A program made the translations under genes and the position numbers. Shown piece after piece: positions 30,080 through 44,124 of a DNA stretch of 64,000 bases. The notes under the pieces are model-generated. The model was not told where the DNA came from. It saw only the letters and a program-made list of their open reading frames with translations, and ran no database searches. Source of the DNA: Eledone cirrhosa. Its lineage: Eukaryota. Positions within the stretch are counted from its first letter, which is position 1, and each line of letters begins with the position of its first letter. The DNA lies in assembly GCA_964016885.1 (NCBI GenBank), contig OZ024751.1, positions 28,148,001 through 28,212,000 of the forward strand. Direction: 5' to 3'.

Positions 30080-30231
30080 ATGCTTTGCAGCAAAGAGTTA
30101 CGGCCCTTTATGGTCTGAGTTCAAATCCCGCCGAGGTTAACTTTGCCTTTCATCCTTACGGGGTCGATAAAATAAAGTACCAGTAATACACTGGTTAATT
30201 GCTGGCCTTGTGCCTAACGTAGAAACAATTA
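30080..30231 (+). mobile_element. SINE family A, 5'-truncated
   Basis: B box, core and 3' end. Confidence 0.9.
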
Positions 30232-30341
30232 TATAGTAACAAATATTAAGATAGTAAAATGTCAATAATAAGTAAAATATTTATAATATACAGCAAAATA
30301 TTTATAATAAATAAAAATAAAAATAACATTAGTTTATTTTC

Positions 30342-30527
30342 ATAATTGTTTCTACTTTTGGCACAAGGACAGCAATTATCCCAGTGTATTACTGGTACTT
30401 TATTTTATCGACCCCGTAAGGATGAAAGGCAAAGTTAACCTCGGCGGGATTTGAACTCAGACCATAAAGGGCCGTAACTCTTTGCTGCAAAGCATGACAC
30501 CCGGCCCTCTACCGATACTGCCAATCC
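30342..30527 (-). mobile_element. SINE family A
   Basis: Near-identical inverted partner of 30080-30231. Confidence 0.9.
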
Positions 30528-30955
30528 TCTATTTTAATAATGATAACCATTTTAATATTAATTTGATACTGTGTGGAGGAATAGAGTCATTTTACTAGAT
30601 TTACCACTGGAACAGCAGCAATAACAACGACAGCAATAACAACGACAGCAACAACAACAACAGCAACTACAACAACATCTAAAATAACAGTGAAAACAAA
30701 CTCTACCAATACTTATGACTGAAACAATATTTGTATTGGAATTCCTAGTATATATATATATATTTGTAGAAACCCTATACCGGATTTTGCCAGCATTTCC
30801 GAGAAGGTCCGTGTACATTTTTCAATCATATATTATCATTTGTTTGACCCGAATAGCTTGGTCGCTTTTTTGGCTTTGCGGTTAATGGTTTAACCATCGT
30901 CTCAGTGTGTTTGGCCTTTTTAATGTATGTTTATTGCTCTAGTACACTCGTATCT

Positions 30956-31026
<71 letters not shown>

Positions 31027-31066
31027 ATATTGATAAATGGAAACTATATTTATAAAACCATATTTA

Positions 31067-31128
31067 TTTTATTATATATATTTCAAGGGCGACCAAGGTA
31101 AATTATGGTGCGCTTTCATCAGATAAAA
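31067..31128 (-). ncRNA. Minimal type-I hammerhead, family P1 (repeat ~31025-31130)
   Basis: UUUUAU CUGAUGA AAGCGCACCA...UGGUCGCCCUU GAAA UAUAU AUA^ AUAAAA. Paralogue of 8309. Confidence 0.75.
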
Positions 31129-31205
31129 TATGTTGAATGCCAAACAATTAAATAAAACCTCTGCATATATATATATATATGTATATATATTTGCGTACAC
31201 ACACA

Positions 31206-31279
31206 CAAGTATGAAATTTGTAGAAATTTTTTCTTTTCTACAAATTTCTACAAATTTCGTACTTGATGACCCAATATAT
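31206..31279. mobile_element. Truncated palindromic MITE
   Basis: CAAGTATGAAATTTGTAGAA / TTCTACAAATTTCGTACTTGATGACCCAATA. Same family as 31648. Confidence 0.6.
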
Positions 31280-31478
31280 GTGTGCGTGTGTGTGTGTGAG
31301 AGAGAGAGAGTGTGTGTGTGGGCGTGTTTATATATATATACACATACATATATTGTAATAACTATAATAAAATTACCAAAAGGGAAATTGTGCACGTCTG
31401 AATGAAATGGAAGTTTTATAGAAGGGAAAGGACAATGGTGTTGAAAGAGTGTTATGTAAATAGAGGCAGGGAAAACAG

Positions 31479-31572
31479 ATGAGAGCTAATCCCTCTGACA
31501 TTGTCATCAGAGACGTGGAGAAACTGGGAAATATAAAGCTGATTGATGTAGCGTGTCGATCTGATAGATGGA
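31479..31572 (+). mobile_element. R4/Dong- or NeSL-like restriction-like endonuclease relic
   Basis: MRANPSDIVIRDVEKLGNIKLIDVACRSDR resembles the ANRPDIVI.D....LIDVA.P.D (PD..D) motif. Confidence 0.6.
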
Positions 31573-31647
31573 TATGATTGGAAGAGAGAGATACAAGCGA
31601 GAGCGAGAGAGACAGAGAGAGAGAGGCAGAGAGTGTGTGTGTGTGTA

Positions 31648-31736
31648 ATATATTGGGTCATCATGTATGAAATTTGTAGAAATTGTGTAAAAAAAAACCA
31701 AGTTCTACAAATTTCATACTTGACGACTCAATATAT
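31648..31736. mobile_element. Small TIR MITE (Tc1/mariner-like, TA-flanked)
   Basis: ~34-bp TIRs TATTGGGTCATCATGTATGAAATTTGTAGAA / TTCTACAAATTTCATACTTGACGACTCAATA. Confidence 0.65.
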
Positions 31737-31773
31737 GGAATCCTGTAAATAAAAGAAATCCTACGACTACTAT

Positions 31774-31839
<66 letters not shown>

Positions 31840-31916
31840 CAACATCACCACCATTCTTACTAATATTACTACTATCACTACTACTACCAACACCACCACT
31901 ATCACCACCACCATCC

Positions 31917-31982
<66 letters not shown>

Positions 31983-32037
31983 ACATCACCATCCACCATC
32001 CTTACTACTACTACTTCTACTTGTACAAAATGTTTAA

Positions 32038-32147
32038 ATAATTGTTTCTACTTTTGGCACAAGGCCAGCAATAATCCCCAGTGTATTACTGGTACTTTAT
32101 TTTATCGACCCCCGTAAGGATGAAAGGCAAAGTTAACCTCGGCGGGA
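32038..32147 (-). mobile_element. SINE family A, 5'-truncated
   Basis: Core and 3' end on the minus strand. Confidence 0.85.
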
Positions 32148-32329
32148 AAATAAGGACAAACCGAAGGAAAGATAACGCACTCCCGATTCCGTGCCAATTC
32201 TACCAACCATAACCACATAATGTGTCTTTGAGGCAATCAACCCTGACCATTTTAGTGGTTACGGTTCATTGGTTGGAAGACTCGTTATAGATACATACTA
32301 GCAGGATGTTTATTGCAAGACACGGTACA

Positions 32330-32760
32330 TTGGAGGAGGGGGAAGACAACAGTACGTAGCGGGGGCGTGGAAGTAATGGTATATTGATGAGGGGGGGGGG
32401 GGTAGGATCATGTTGAAGAGGGTGGGGTGACAACACTATATTGAAGGGATGTGGTGGTGGCAGGAGCGTATTGGATGAGGATGAGTGGCGGGCGGGAGTA
32501 TATTAAAGAGAAAGGGAGAGACAAGAGTATATTGAAGAGGGGTGGTGGGAGGAGGATATTCAAGAGAAAGAGGAGACAACTGCATATTGAAGAGGAGTGG
32601 TGACAGGAATATATAAAGAGGGGTGGTAGCAGGTGTATATTAAAGAGAAGGGAGAGACAACAGTATGTTTAAGAGTAGTGGTGGAAGGAGCATATAAAGA
32701 GGGGTGGTAGCAGGTGTATATTAAAGAGAAGGGGAGACAACTGCGTATGGAAAAGGTGAG
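32330..32760. repeat. Degenerate purine-rich ~28-bp minisatellite
   Basis: Recurrent GTATATTGAAGAGGGGTGGTG / AAAGAGAAGGGAGACAAC units. Confidence 0.7.
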
Positions 32761-32909
32761 GTGGAGGCTGAGATAAGGTCAGTAATGGAGAGCCCCAAAG
32801 AATCATTGTTTTCTTGGTCCCCTCTAACGATCGACTCCTTCAAGTTTTTAAAAGCTGATGTTCCATACCTGGACCCCTACAATATTCTGTTGAACTCTTC
32901 CTCCACTTC

Positions 32910-33230
32910 AATCACCACCACCACCACCACCAACACCATCACCACCCCACCATTATCACCATCACCACTATCACTATCACCACCACCACCACCACCATCA
33001 CCACTACCACTATCACCATCACCACCACCACCATCATCATCACCACCATCACCACCACCAACACCAACACCACCACCATCAACACTACCACCATAACCAC
33101 CACCACCATCACTACCATCACCGTCACCACCACCATCACCACCACCACCACCACTATCACCACTATCACCACCACTACCACCCCAACCACCTTCTTCTTC
33201 TTCTTCTTCTTCCTTTCTTTCTTCTTTTTT

Positions 33231-33263
<33 letters not shown>

Positions 33264-33380
33264 TTCTTCTTCTTCTTCTTCTTTTTCTTCTTCTTCTTCT
33301 TCTTCTTCTTCTTCTTCTTCTTCTTCTTCTTCTTCTTCTTCTTCTTCTTCTTCTTCTTCTTCTTCTTCTTCTTCTTTCTT
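32910..33380. repeat. (ACC/ATC)n followed by (TTC)n microsatellites
   Basis: Direct inspection. Confidence 0.95.
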
Positions 33381-33559
33381 AACATCTTGGTTCGTTCTTT
33401 AACCAATATTTTAGCCAAGCCTGGTAACGTCCACACACACTCATCACATTCACCTACACACACACTTTCACAAACACATCACACACACACTCACACACAT
33501 TCACACAAACACATCGTGCACAAATACATACAGACATACACACTGACACACAAACACAT

Positions 33560-33638
<79 letters not shown>

Positions 33639-33769
33639 CACACACGGCACACACACAAAGAGAAAGTAACAAAAACACACAAAAACACAAACAATAGAAA
33701 ATAACTATCCTGGAAAGTTACGTTAGTTAATTAGAGGGCTGAGAGAGGAGAGAGGGGAGAGGGGGAGTG

Positions 33770-34182
33770 TGTGTGTGAGAGGGAGGATATGTGTGTGTGT
33801 CTGTGATAGAGCGAATATGTATGTGTGAGAGAGAGCGAATGTGTGTGTGTCTGTGATAATGCGAATGTATGTGTGTGTCTATGGGTGCGAATGTGTGTGT
33901 GAGAGAGAGTGAATGTGTGTGTGTATGGGTGCGAATGTGTGTATGTATGGGAGTGACTGCGTGCGTGTATGGGAGCGAATGTGTGTGTGAGAGAGCGAAT
34001 GTGTGTGTGACAGAGCGAATGTGTGTGTGAGAGAGAGAGCGAATCTGTGTGTGTATAGGAGCGAATGTGTGTGTGACAGAGCGAATGTGTGTGTGAGAGA
34101 GAGAGCGAATCTGTGTGTGTATAGGAGCGAATGTGTGTGTGAGAGAGAGTGAATGTGTGTGAGAGAGAGCGTATGTGTGTGA
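33770..34182. repeat. GAGCGAATGTGTGTGTGA minisatellite
   Basis: Tandem ~18-22-bp units. Confidence 0.85.
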
Positions 34183-34351
34183 GACTTGCGGAGTTTCCTT
34201 AAAAGAATAAAAATTCAACATCATAAGCAACTCCAACAACAACAGCTTTAATGACTACAATAACGTCAACAACAACAACAACAAACATGACAACCACAAT
34301 CACCACAACAACAATAACAACAATATCAACAACGACAACAACAACAATAAT

Positions 34352-34383
<32 letters not shown>

Positions 34384-34459
34384 TAACGACAACAACAATA
34401 ACAACATCAACAACGACAACAACAATAACAACACCAACATCAACAACGAAAACAACAAT

Positions 34460-34496
<37 letters not shown>

Positions 34497-34715
34497 ACAA
34501 CATCATCAACAACAATAACAACAACAAATAAAACAACTACAAAAGCAAACCATCAGCCGCAGTGTTTTGTCAGAGGCGGCATTTGATTAGCGGCCATTTT
34601 GGAGAAGAAACAACAATAAAAACAACAACAGCAGCATCAGTAATACCAACATCAACACCAACAACAGCAGCAACAACAACATATACACAACAGTAACAGC
34701 AAAAAATAACTACAA

Positions 34716-34811
34716 TAATAATAATAATTGTTTCTACTTTTGGCACAAGGACAGCAAACACCCAGTGCATTACTGGTACTTTATTTTATCGACCCCGTAA
34801 GGATGAAAGGC
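34716..34811 (-). mobile_element. SINE family A 3' half
   Basis: Core cut at GCCTTTCATCC, directly abutting the Tx1 LINE tail. Confidence 0.85.
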
Positions 34812-35980
34812 AATAATAATAATAATAATGATTTCATTTATTAAGCCACAAGGGCCGACATGTAGGGGACAATACAAGACAAGGACAGTGGGGTTACAAT
34901 AAGGTCGAGTAAAAGTGCACAATGGCAAAACTAATTTAACAATGAAGATATAAAAAATATAAAATGAACTATGCAAAAATATAACAAAATAAATTCCTCT
35001 ATAGGGGGTGGACGACCCAGGGGTGACTCAGGTACCCCACCAGTCCTGAACCATTGCGCTTCTAGGGCACCCAGGGAGAGCACTCCTCTCCTCAAATTAG
35101 CTATAGGCGCATGCCCACTCTCGCCACATATTCATCCACCTTTTAGCAAATTTACTGGGAGGGGGGGAGCACTTCTCTCTCCACCCTCACCTTCCTTACC
35201 AGGTGAAACTTGAAGAAGTTGATGAGGGATTCGCCGAAGAGAAAAGTATCTGTCTTCAGTCTTTTTAATCTCGTCCACCATATAACCTCTTTCGCAACGG
35301 CCACCAGACAGAGGAAAGTTGCCTGCTCTTCCTGACCTAAGGAAGGCGGCGGCTCGATCTTCACTATGGACACGGCCGATAGCCGGATTCGTTCCACATG
35401 CGACAGTAGCTGCTCGACATAACTGCACAAGTCAGTAATGCACAGACATTGGACAAGTGCGTGCAGAACGGTTTCGTCGCTCTGTGCGCATCTTGGGCAG
35501 GTCCGTCTGACGGCACTTCCGTGCCTGTAGAGTTTATCCCGAACCGGCAGTGCCCCCTGGTAGCACTTCCAAGCGAGGGATTTCTGGAAATTGTCCATCG
35601 TCCCCGGCTCGAAAGTCCTCCGGTACAGACTGGTCAGTTCGACCTCGTCGAGGCCCAAAGCTTCTCCGAGTGCGTCATCGCACTTGCCTACCACTAATCC
35701 TCTATAGAACTCGGGAGTAGAAGTTCCACTGATCGCATTGCCCGTTTGGTAGAGGGCAGTGAGTGCCTGGCAACATTCCAAGTGCCAGTCACCCAGTCTC
35801 GGTCCCTTCTATGATGTATCGCATTAGGTAGAGATTGTCGTGTATGGACCCGGCTGGGATTGCACAAGTTTGCCCCCCCCTTCACACACACACCAAATCC
35901 TCGACGACAAGCGCCTTTGCTCTTTGCTAACACCTTAGCCAAAATCATAAACTCTGTGTTGAGCAGAGTTATGGGCCTAA
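34812..35980 (-). mobile_element. L1/Tx1-clade LINE 3' end with large internal deletion
   Basis: RT N-part RPITLLNTEF..LAKVLA (35980-35800) is fused to the C-terminus with zinc finger TCPRCAQSDETVLHALVQC. The 3' UTR ends AATAAA...(ATT)n. Confidence 0.9.
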
Positions 35981-36029
35981 TTTCCTACATTATTTTAATT
36001 CTGACATTATTTTTAATTCCGACATTCTT

Positions 36030-37116
36030 TTTGTAAGGACACCCCTATGAATATATTTTAGATGTAGATTGATAATCTTTAAATGACAATTTATCTGAAA
36101 ATTTATCCTCTTTAAGATAGTTCTTCGAAAAACGCATTACATTTCTTCTCTCTTTTTGTTATCCAAACATTCACACATCTTTCGACTAAAATAATGGATC
36201 TCACACAAAATAATATATAATTTTTTTCTCTAATTTTAATGGTTAACAAACAAAATTGGAGTTATCTTTCCTTTCTCAATCATTGCAAACATAAACATTA
36301 TTCTCAATTGTGCAAACATAACGATTTTTTGTTTGATAATCTATATAGCTTCGTTAAATTAACAATATTCTGAAAACATTCTCAATGTTGAACAAAATGT
36401 TTGAATCCACAAATTATTCTACTCTGACAACTTGAACTACTATTGAACTACTTGAACTACTTGAACCACCTATTTTTTAAGTAAAATACAAATTCAACAC
36501 TTTCGTAACTCATATTTGATATGTAAACAATTAATACATAAGCAATTTATTAATAGATATTTATATTCATATAATCTCTCCTAATGTAAAAATACTTATA
36601 ACCATAAATCTTCATATAATCTAATTGATTATATATACAATATTATAACTCATAATATAGGTAACAAATCTTTTCCCCCAAATTAACGTAAATCCTCGCC
36701 CTTCTTCTTTTCTCTTCTTTCCTACGCATACAATAACTTATCATAATTATTTAAATTTTCCATAGCGTTTAAAATAACGCGTTTTTCAGCCCTTTTACAT
36801 AAACCTCATTTACATACTCATCTTAATAATTTGAAATATCTGACTTTTTTTGTCTTCCCTTCACTATCCAGGGATAACTTGAACCGTTAAGGTATATTAT
36901 CCTTGGTTATGTCAAATATTTATAAAACATTTTGTATTTTATCTGATGATAGCGTACCAAAATGTTGATACTCTTGAAATATATATAATAGAATAAATAT
37001 GGTTTTATAAATATAGTTTCCATTGTATATTATACTCCAAAATACTGTTGAGTGCTCTGAATCAGTTATAAACATTTATATTTGTTGAATTACCAACAAA
37101 TTGAATATCCCTTCTG

Positions 37117-37120
<4 letters not shown>
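36030..37120 (+). mobile_element. Penelope-like element non-coding 3' region and terminal repeat (family P1)
   Basis: Colinear homology with ~46300-47570. Its end (37082-37120) is the reverse complement of 45246-45285. Ends in (TA)n. Confidence 0.75.
36937..36993 (+). ncRNA. Minimal type-I hammerhead, family P1
   Basis: UUUUAU CUGAUGA UAGCGUACCAA-AAUG-UUGAUACUCUU GAAA UAUAU AUA^ AUAGAA. Helix II is partly decayed. Confidence 0.7.
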
Positions 37121-37172
<52 letters not shown>

Positions 37173-37507
37173 TACATACATACATATATATATATAAGTT
37201 TACTAGTCCTACTCTTAATTCCCTTGTTTCGTTCTTCCTTTCGTTCCTTCTTTTCTGGAATGTTCTAGAAGACAATCCAGGTCATATGAGGAATATAACC
37301 TTTTACCATTGTCTATCACATCTAATAGATGCAATAATTACATCCAACTTTCTATCGTACTTTTGCGTCTATCTCTATTTTTTCGTCTTCTTTCAAAGTC
37401 AATTATAGACACTTTTAAACAATATATCAATTTTATATCAAGAGTGTATTGTTGGAAAATATGTTCAGCGTAATATATCGAATATATCGGGCAGCCAAAT
37501 TAAATGG

Positions 37508-37609
<102 letters not shown>

Positions 37610-37769
37610 GCCTGGCGCGTGGAACATCGCCGGTAAGCTTTTTTTATATTAATTTTTATGCAAAAAACCGAACTAATTGTTTGAAAAAAAATAACATTTT
37701 GTAGATTAACCCCCAAACTGAATTGTTAGCTGGGTGGTAATCCCATTTGGGGGCGAACATTTAATTTAA

Positions 37770-39019
37770 AAGTCTGTCGGTTTGCAACTCGGTACGTGGA
37801 GAGGCAAACCGATGACGTCCGACAGCGTCGTTGGACGCTGGACGGACGGACCCGTGAAATTGCTCGGGGTCTGGTTCGGTCCAGACCTCCAGGTGGAGAA
37901 AAACTGGAACGAGGTAACGGCCAAAGTGTTTGCGCTCACCCAGAAGTGGGCAGAGTGCAAGCTTTCCTTGAAAGGTTGAGCGGAGGTGGCGAACACTTTC
38001 ATAGCGTCCGTCATCTACTACCGCTTGACTGTCGTGCCTTGTCCCCGTGAACACCTCGCCAAGATGGAAAGCATGCTCTTCCAGTTTCTCTGGAAGAAGT
38101 AGGCTCCGCTGGTGAAAAGATCTGTCTGCTGTCAGGACCCTTCCAACGGAGGGCTGGGAATGCCGTGGCTGATGGTGCGCAAACATGCGCTGAGGCTGCG
38201 GCTACTCCATGTATTTCTCACTGACCCCCAACTGGTGTGGGCACCGTTTGTGAGACAGGCTTTCCCGCAGCTCGTCTCGCTGAGGGAGCTGCAGTCCTGG
38301 GTCAAGAAAAGACCGAAAACAATGGGCACCTGGCACATTGAATGCGCTCAGGCGCTCACAGTCCTCTGCCAAGCGGGCACAGCAATCAGTGGAGACTCCA
38401 CTTCGACATTCTATAGAGGGATTGTACGTTACAAGGGCGACGACGTGCTCGGAGAGACTCTGGGCGTCGAAGACGATGAGCTCACCAGTCTGTTTGGTAG
38501 GACTTTCCGCCAGGGACCTATGGACAACTTCCAGAGGTCCCTGGCCTGGCAGTGCTACCGAGGAGCTCTACCAGTTCGTGACAAGATCCTTCCAAGAGGA
38601 CGTGTCCAAGATGCGCGCAGGACATTGAAACCATCCTGCACGCAATTGTACACTTCCCGGGCGTAACCGACCTGTGGAACTATGCAGAACAACTACTGTC
38701 GCGTATGGGACAAATCCAGTTGACTGCCGAGTCCATAGTAAGGATCAAACCGCCAGCCTCTTTCAAAAACAAAAGAGAGGCGGTTTTCCTCTGTACAGTG
38801 GCTATGGTGAAAGAGGTTATATGGTGGACGAGATTGAGAGGACTGAGGACAGATGCCTTTTTCTCCGGACAACAATTGATTCCCTTCTTTAAGTATCACT
38901 TTAGAAGGAGAATCAGAGTGGAGAGAGAGGCACTGCACCCCAGTAAATTTACTGAAAGGTGGGTGAATGTGGCAAAACTGGCCCGAGTGATTGGGCCTTC
39001 TCTGTTTATAAGCCTATAG
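37770..39019 (+). mobile_element. L1/Tx1-clade LINE ORF2 C-terminal half (pseudogene)
   Basis: VKLLGVWFG...KWAECKLSLKG*...GGLGMPWL...DNFQRSLAWQCYRGALPVRDK...KEVIWWTR. Stops and frameshifts present. Confidence 0.9.
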
Positions 39020-40564
39020 GTTAAAGAAGAGAGCAAAAGGAAGAAGCGAGCACAACACGCTCCTGAAGTTGAGGGTTGTTCTATCGACGGGGTATTAAAC
39101 AAGGCATTTAGTACTAAACAATCTTTAGTATTGGGCACTGTCCTTAGTTTGAAGATAGGATATGGAGAGCTGGTACTAAGCATATGTATTTTAGCCGTAG
39201 TCCAGTACTTCGACACTTCAACAACTGTAACAATATCAACACCTCTCTACCCAGACCAGACCAGGCCTTAACTTTATCGCAAATAATGGTTTTTTTTTTG
39301 CTCTGAATCAACGAGTAATTAAGCTCTTTACACTTTATACTGAATACAGACTGCAGCAAGCCAACATATTCATATTTTCAGACTAAACTATATTCTACAA
39401 CAACAAAAACTACAACAACAACAACAAAAACTACAACTACAACAGCAACAAAAACTACAACTACAACAGCAACAAAAACTTCAACTACAACAGCAACAAA
39501 AACTTCAACTTCAACAGCAACACAAAATTTCACAATCGATTTTCTCCCCACCCCCACCCTCACAAACAAACACACGCACGCACACACAAACACACATATA
39601 AAAAAATAAAAAAGCGATCAAAGCAAAACTAGGATCGATTAACGAACGAGCAAAACGAATAAATGAAGAAGACTGCTTTCGTTGTATCAGACTTTAGAGA
39701 AAAAACAACAAAAGCGGCCATGTTGTATCACTCTTTAGTTGTTTATTTTGCTGTTGTTGTTGTTGTTAGTATTGTTTTTACTGTTGTTGTTGTTGCTGTT
39801 GTTGTTGTTGTTGTTGTTGTTGTTAGTATTGTTTTTACTGTTGTTGTTGTTGTTGTTGTTGTTGTTTTGCTTAAAACTAATGAAATATAGTTTATAACAC
39901 TACAATGTATCGTTCTTGATTATACTCGCTTTTAATAAGCCTTAAATTAGACACTGTGAAGGTGATGGTGGCGGGTAGTGATTGTCATGAGAATTTGTAG
40001 CTTAAATATGTTTTGTGGGCGGTGGTGGGGGAAGGGAGTGGGGGACGGGGGCTTTCTGTAACACTTTAGCGTTCCTGTACACTTTAGTGGTTCCACCATT
40101 TCGTTATATACCAGTCATGGGTTTGGTGTCTATGACTGTCTGACTACGAATTTGTTTCTCCAAGGCAAAAGAGCCCGGGTATCATAGATAACCAGCACCC
40201 TTTATATCTCCATGTCACCGATGTTGTCCTAATGAAAGGCAAAAGCCGATACAGCTTCTCACTTGACGATGTAACTCACATATGCACAATATATACACTA
40301 TATATACACATATACACTGTATATACGCTATATATGCAATGTATATACATAATATATACACATAATATATACACTATAAATGATATTGTCCAGGTAAAGG
40401 CAAAAACCGATACAGCGTGCAGCAGTGACGCCGTAACTTAGATATACACTATCTATACACTATATATACACTATATATACACTATATATACACTATACAA
40501 ACACAATATATACACCCTATACATGATGTTAACTGATGGAAAGGCAAAGGCTGATGCAGTTTGC

Positions 40565-41425
40565 TCCCGTCAACCTTTCATAGTCCTCCAATAAGTTGCC
40601 GACCACCTCGATTTCTGAGGTGTCCGACACCACCACGGTGATGTCGTCCGCATAAGCCGACACAGCCTTTCCGCGTCCCGGTTCGAACGGGATGCCCTGC
40701 AACAGCTCCAGCTTCCGCAGTAAAGGCTCGAGAGTCAATCCGTACAGAAGGGAGGAGAGAGGGCACCCTTGACGGACCGATCGGGAGACCTGAAACGGTT
40801 CCGAGAGGTGGCTATTAATTTTGACCACCGAGCAGGTGTCGCTTTGCATTGCAGCGATCCAGCTTCTGAAGACGGGGCCGAAGCCAGCCGCCTTGAGGAC
40901 AGCCTCCAGGTACCGATGGTCGACCCTATCGAATGTTTTCGATTGATCTAAATTGATCAGAGCCCCACCGAAGCCAGGTTTACACCCTACCCTCTCTATG
41001 ATGTATCGCATTAGGTGGAGGTTGTTGTGTATGGACCTGGTTGGGATTGCGCAAGTTTGCGCCTCCCCAACCAAATCCCCGACGACAAGCGCCAACCTCT
41101 TCGCTAACACCCTGGCCAAAATCTTAAACTCTGTGTTGAGCAGAGTTATGGGCCTGAAATTGTCTAATGTGTCCCTCTTGTTCTCATCTTTCCATTTCAG
41201 CGTCACTACACCCCGGCTCACAGAACTGGGAATACTCCCGTTCTGCTTCCAGTTGCAGTAGAGCGCTTCGAAGAGATTGGAGAACAAGTCTGGCATATTT
41301 ACGTAAAGCTCGTAGGGCAGACCATCCAAACCGGGTGACTTGCGCCTCATGCAGCCGACAAGGGCATCCTTAATCTCGGCTGAAGTAATCGGCCTTTCGC
41401 AGCGCCCAAAGCTCTTCGGTAGCAC
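40565..41425 (-). mobile_element. L1/Tx1-clade reverse transcriptase domain fragment
   Basis: KSPGLDGLPYE, NFRPITLLNTEFKILA, LDQSKTFDRVDH, VRQGCPLS and AYADD in one open frame. Truncated at both ends. Confidence 0.95.
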
Positions 41426-41612
41426 TGCCAGGCCAGGGATTTCTGGAAGTTGTCCATGGGCCCCGGCCCGAAAGTTCTTCGAAGAGATTGGCTAGTTGAT
41501 TTTCGTCGACGCCTAGAGTTTCCCCAAGTACGTCGTCGCTCTTCACCTCCACTAATCCACCGATCACATTGCCCGACTGGTCGAGGGCTGCGAGCGCCTG
41601 AAGACATTCCAG
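41426..41612 (-). mobile_element. Tx1 ORF2 C-terminal fragment placed upstream of the RT fragment
   Basis: DDVLGETLGVDENQL...GPMDNFQKSLAWQCYR, homologous to 35550-35780 and 38330-38560. Confidence 0.85.
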
Positions 41613-41869
41613 TCTCCAAACAACAATAATAATAATAATGATGATGATGAAAATAATAATAACAACAACAACAATAATAATAATGGTAATAATAATAATG
41701 TTAATAATAATGATGATGGTGATAACAATAATAATAAAAACAATGAGGAAATGTGTGCCGGAGATCGATATCTCCTACAGTTCAATAAACGAGGTGAATC
41801 GATCTGTTGAAGGAAGGATAAATGATCCTTTGCACAAATTATCGATTACCTCAGCTACACCTCCCCACA

Positions 41870-41924
<55 letters not shown>

Positions 41925-41950
41925 CACTCATATAACACTCATATAAATAA

Positions 41951-42012
<62 letters not shown>

Positions 42013-42200
42013 ATATATATAAGTATGTATGTTTATACTTCATTACTCGGTGTCTTTTATCCGAAAGTGTGAAAATGACACATATAGTGTTTGTTTATAT
42101 ATCTTTCTTGTGTATATAAGTACGAATATATGTATGTATGTAAGTACGTACGAATGTATGTATGTATATATGTAGGTAAGTACGTACGAATCTATGTATG

Positions 42201-42234
<34 letters not shown>

Positions 42235-42628
42235 CGTACGTGTGTATGTATGTATGTACGTACGTGTGTATGTATGTATGTATGTATGTATGTATGTATG
42301 TATGTATGTATGCATGTACGTGTGTATGTATGTACGCGTGTATGTATATATATATATACGCATGTGTGTATGTGTGTATATATATAAAAACAAATAACGA
42401 AACGAAATTAAATTTCGGTATATATATATATATATATACGTATATATATATATATACGTATACATATACGTATACATATACATATACACACACACATATA
42501 TATATATGTATATATATATACATATAAATATATATATACCTATATATATTATGTTTACACGTGTTTGTAGATGTGTTTATGTATATATGTACATTCACAC
42601 ACACATATACGTGTGTGTGAATGAGTGA

Positions 42629-42712
<84 letters not shown>

Positions 42713-42938
42713 ATATGAGTGTGTGTCTGTGTGTGCGTGTGTGTGTGTGTGTGTGTGTGAAGAGAGAGGTGAAGGATTATAAAAACATGGGGGAACGTAA
42801 TATCTTACGGTTGAAACAAGATAATATTTTGGTTGTTACTTAAAATAACAAACTGTATATAGGTAGGTAGATGAATAGATCGATCTATCGATCTATAGAT
42901 AGATAGATAGTTGGATAGACAGATAGATAGATAGATAT

Positions 42939-42971
<33 letters not shown>

Positions 42972-43156
42972 TTACGGCAGAGAATAACTGTATTAGGTTG
43001 ACTGGTATGTATGTAAATTGTTATATCTATCTGTCTGTCTGCCTGTCTGTCTGTATTTTTGTCTATCTGTACATCTCGTTACCTCTGTCTATCGCCCTAT
43101 CTATTTCTATTTCCTCTCTCCTTGGCAGTAATATATATTATATATATATATTATAT

Positions 43157-43205
<49 letters not shown>

Positions 43206-43425
43206 GAGATGATCGGAACAAGTAAACATACGATTTAAATATTTACCTAGCCAAAATGCTTTTACCGACGGTTTCGCTTCACAAGTATATATATATATAT
43301 ATATTATATATATATATATATGTTTATCCTGGGTTCAATCGGGGGTAACCACAGTAAGTAAGGTACTCAATACATAGCAGAGTATAAATATTTAATATAT
43401 GAAACACTTCTAGTCCTGTAGAAGC

Positions 43426-43649
<224 letters not shown>

Positions 43650-44124
43650 AATATATATATATATATATATACTAGCACGCATATAGAAACACAGATATTT
43701 ATATACGTGTGTGTTGAGTGAGGTGGTGTGATTGTTGTGTGATCAGCGAGTAAGGGCGAAACTCCGAGTAGCAACAGATGTGTGAAAAGGTGGAAGGAAG
43801 AGACACAAATATATACGAATACAAGAAAATCTTCCGTCTTAATATGAAAGGGATGCAGAAATGTTGACCCGGTATAACTTTAACAACGGAAGTGAATATA
43901 TTTCACACAGCTACAGATGCGATTGGAAACCGATTTATTGAAATCACTTATAGAACAGCATACAACAGCTCTACCTTGTTCATTTGCCGACAAATAAAGT
44001 TGAGAAATATTGGCAATTATTTTTTGAATGAATAAAAAATATCACAGAATACAGAGGAAATTATAAGAAAACTATATTGTCCATTTACAATATTGCACCG
44101 CATTCTTATTTGATTGAAAACCTT

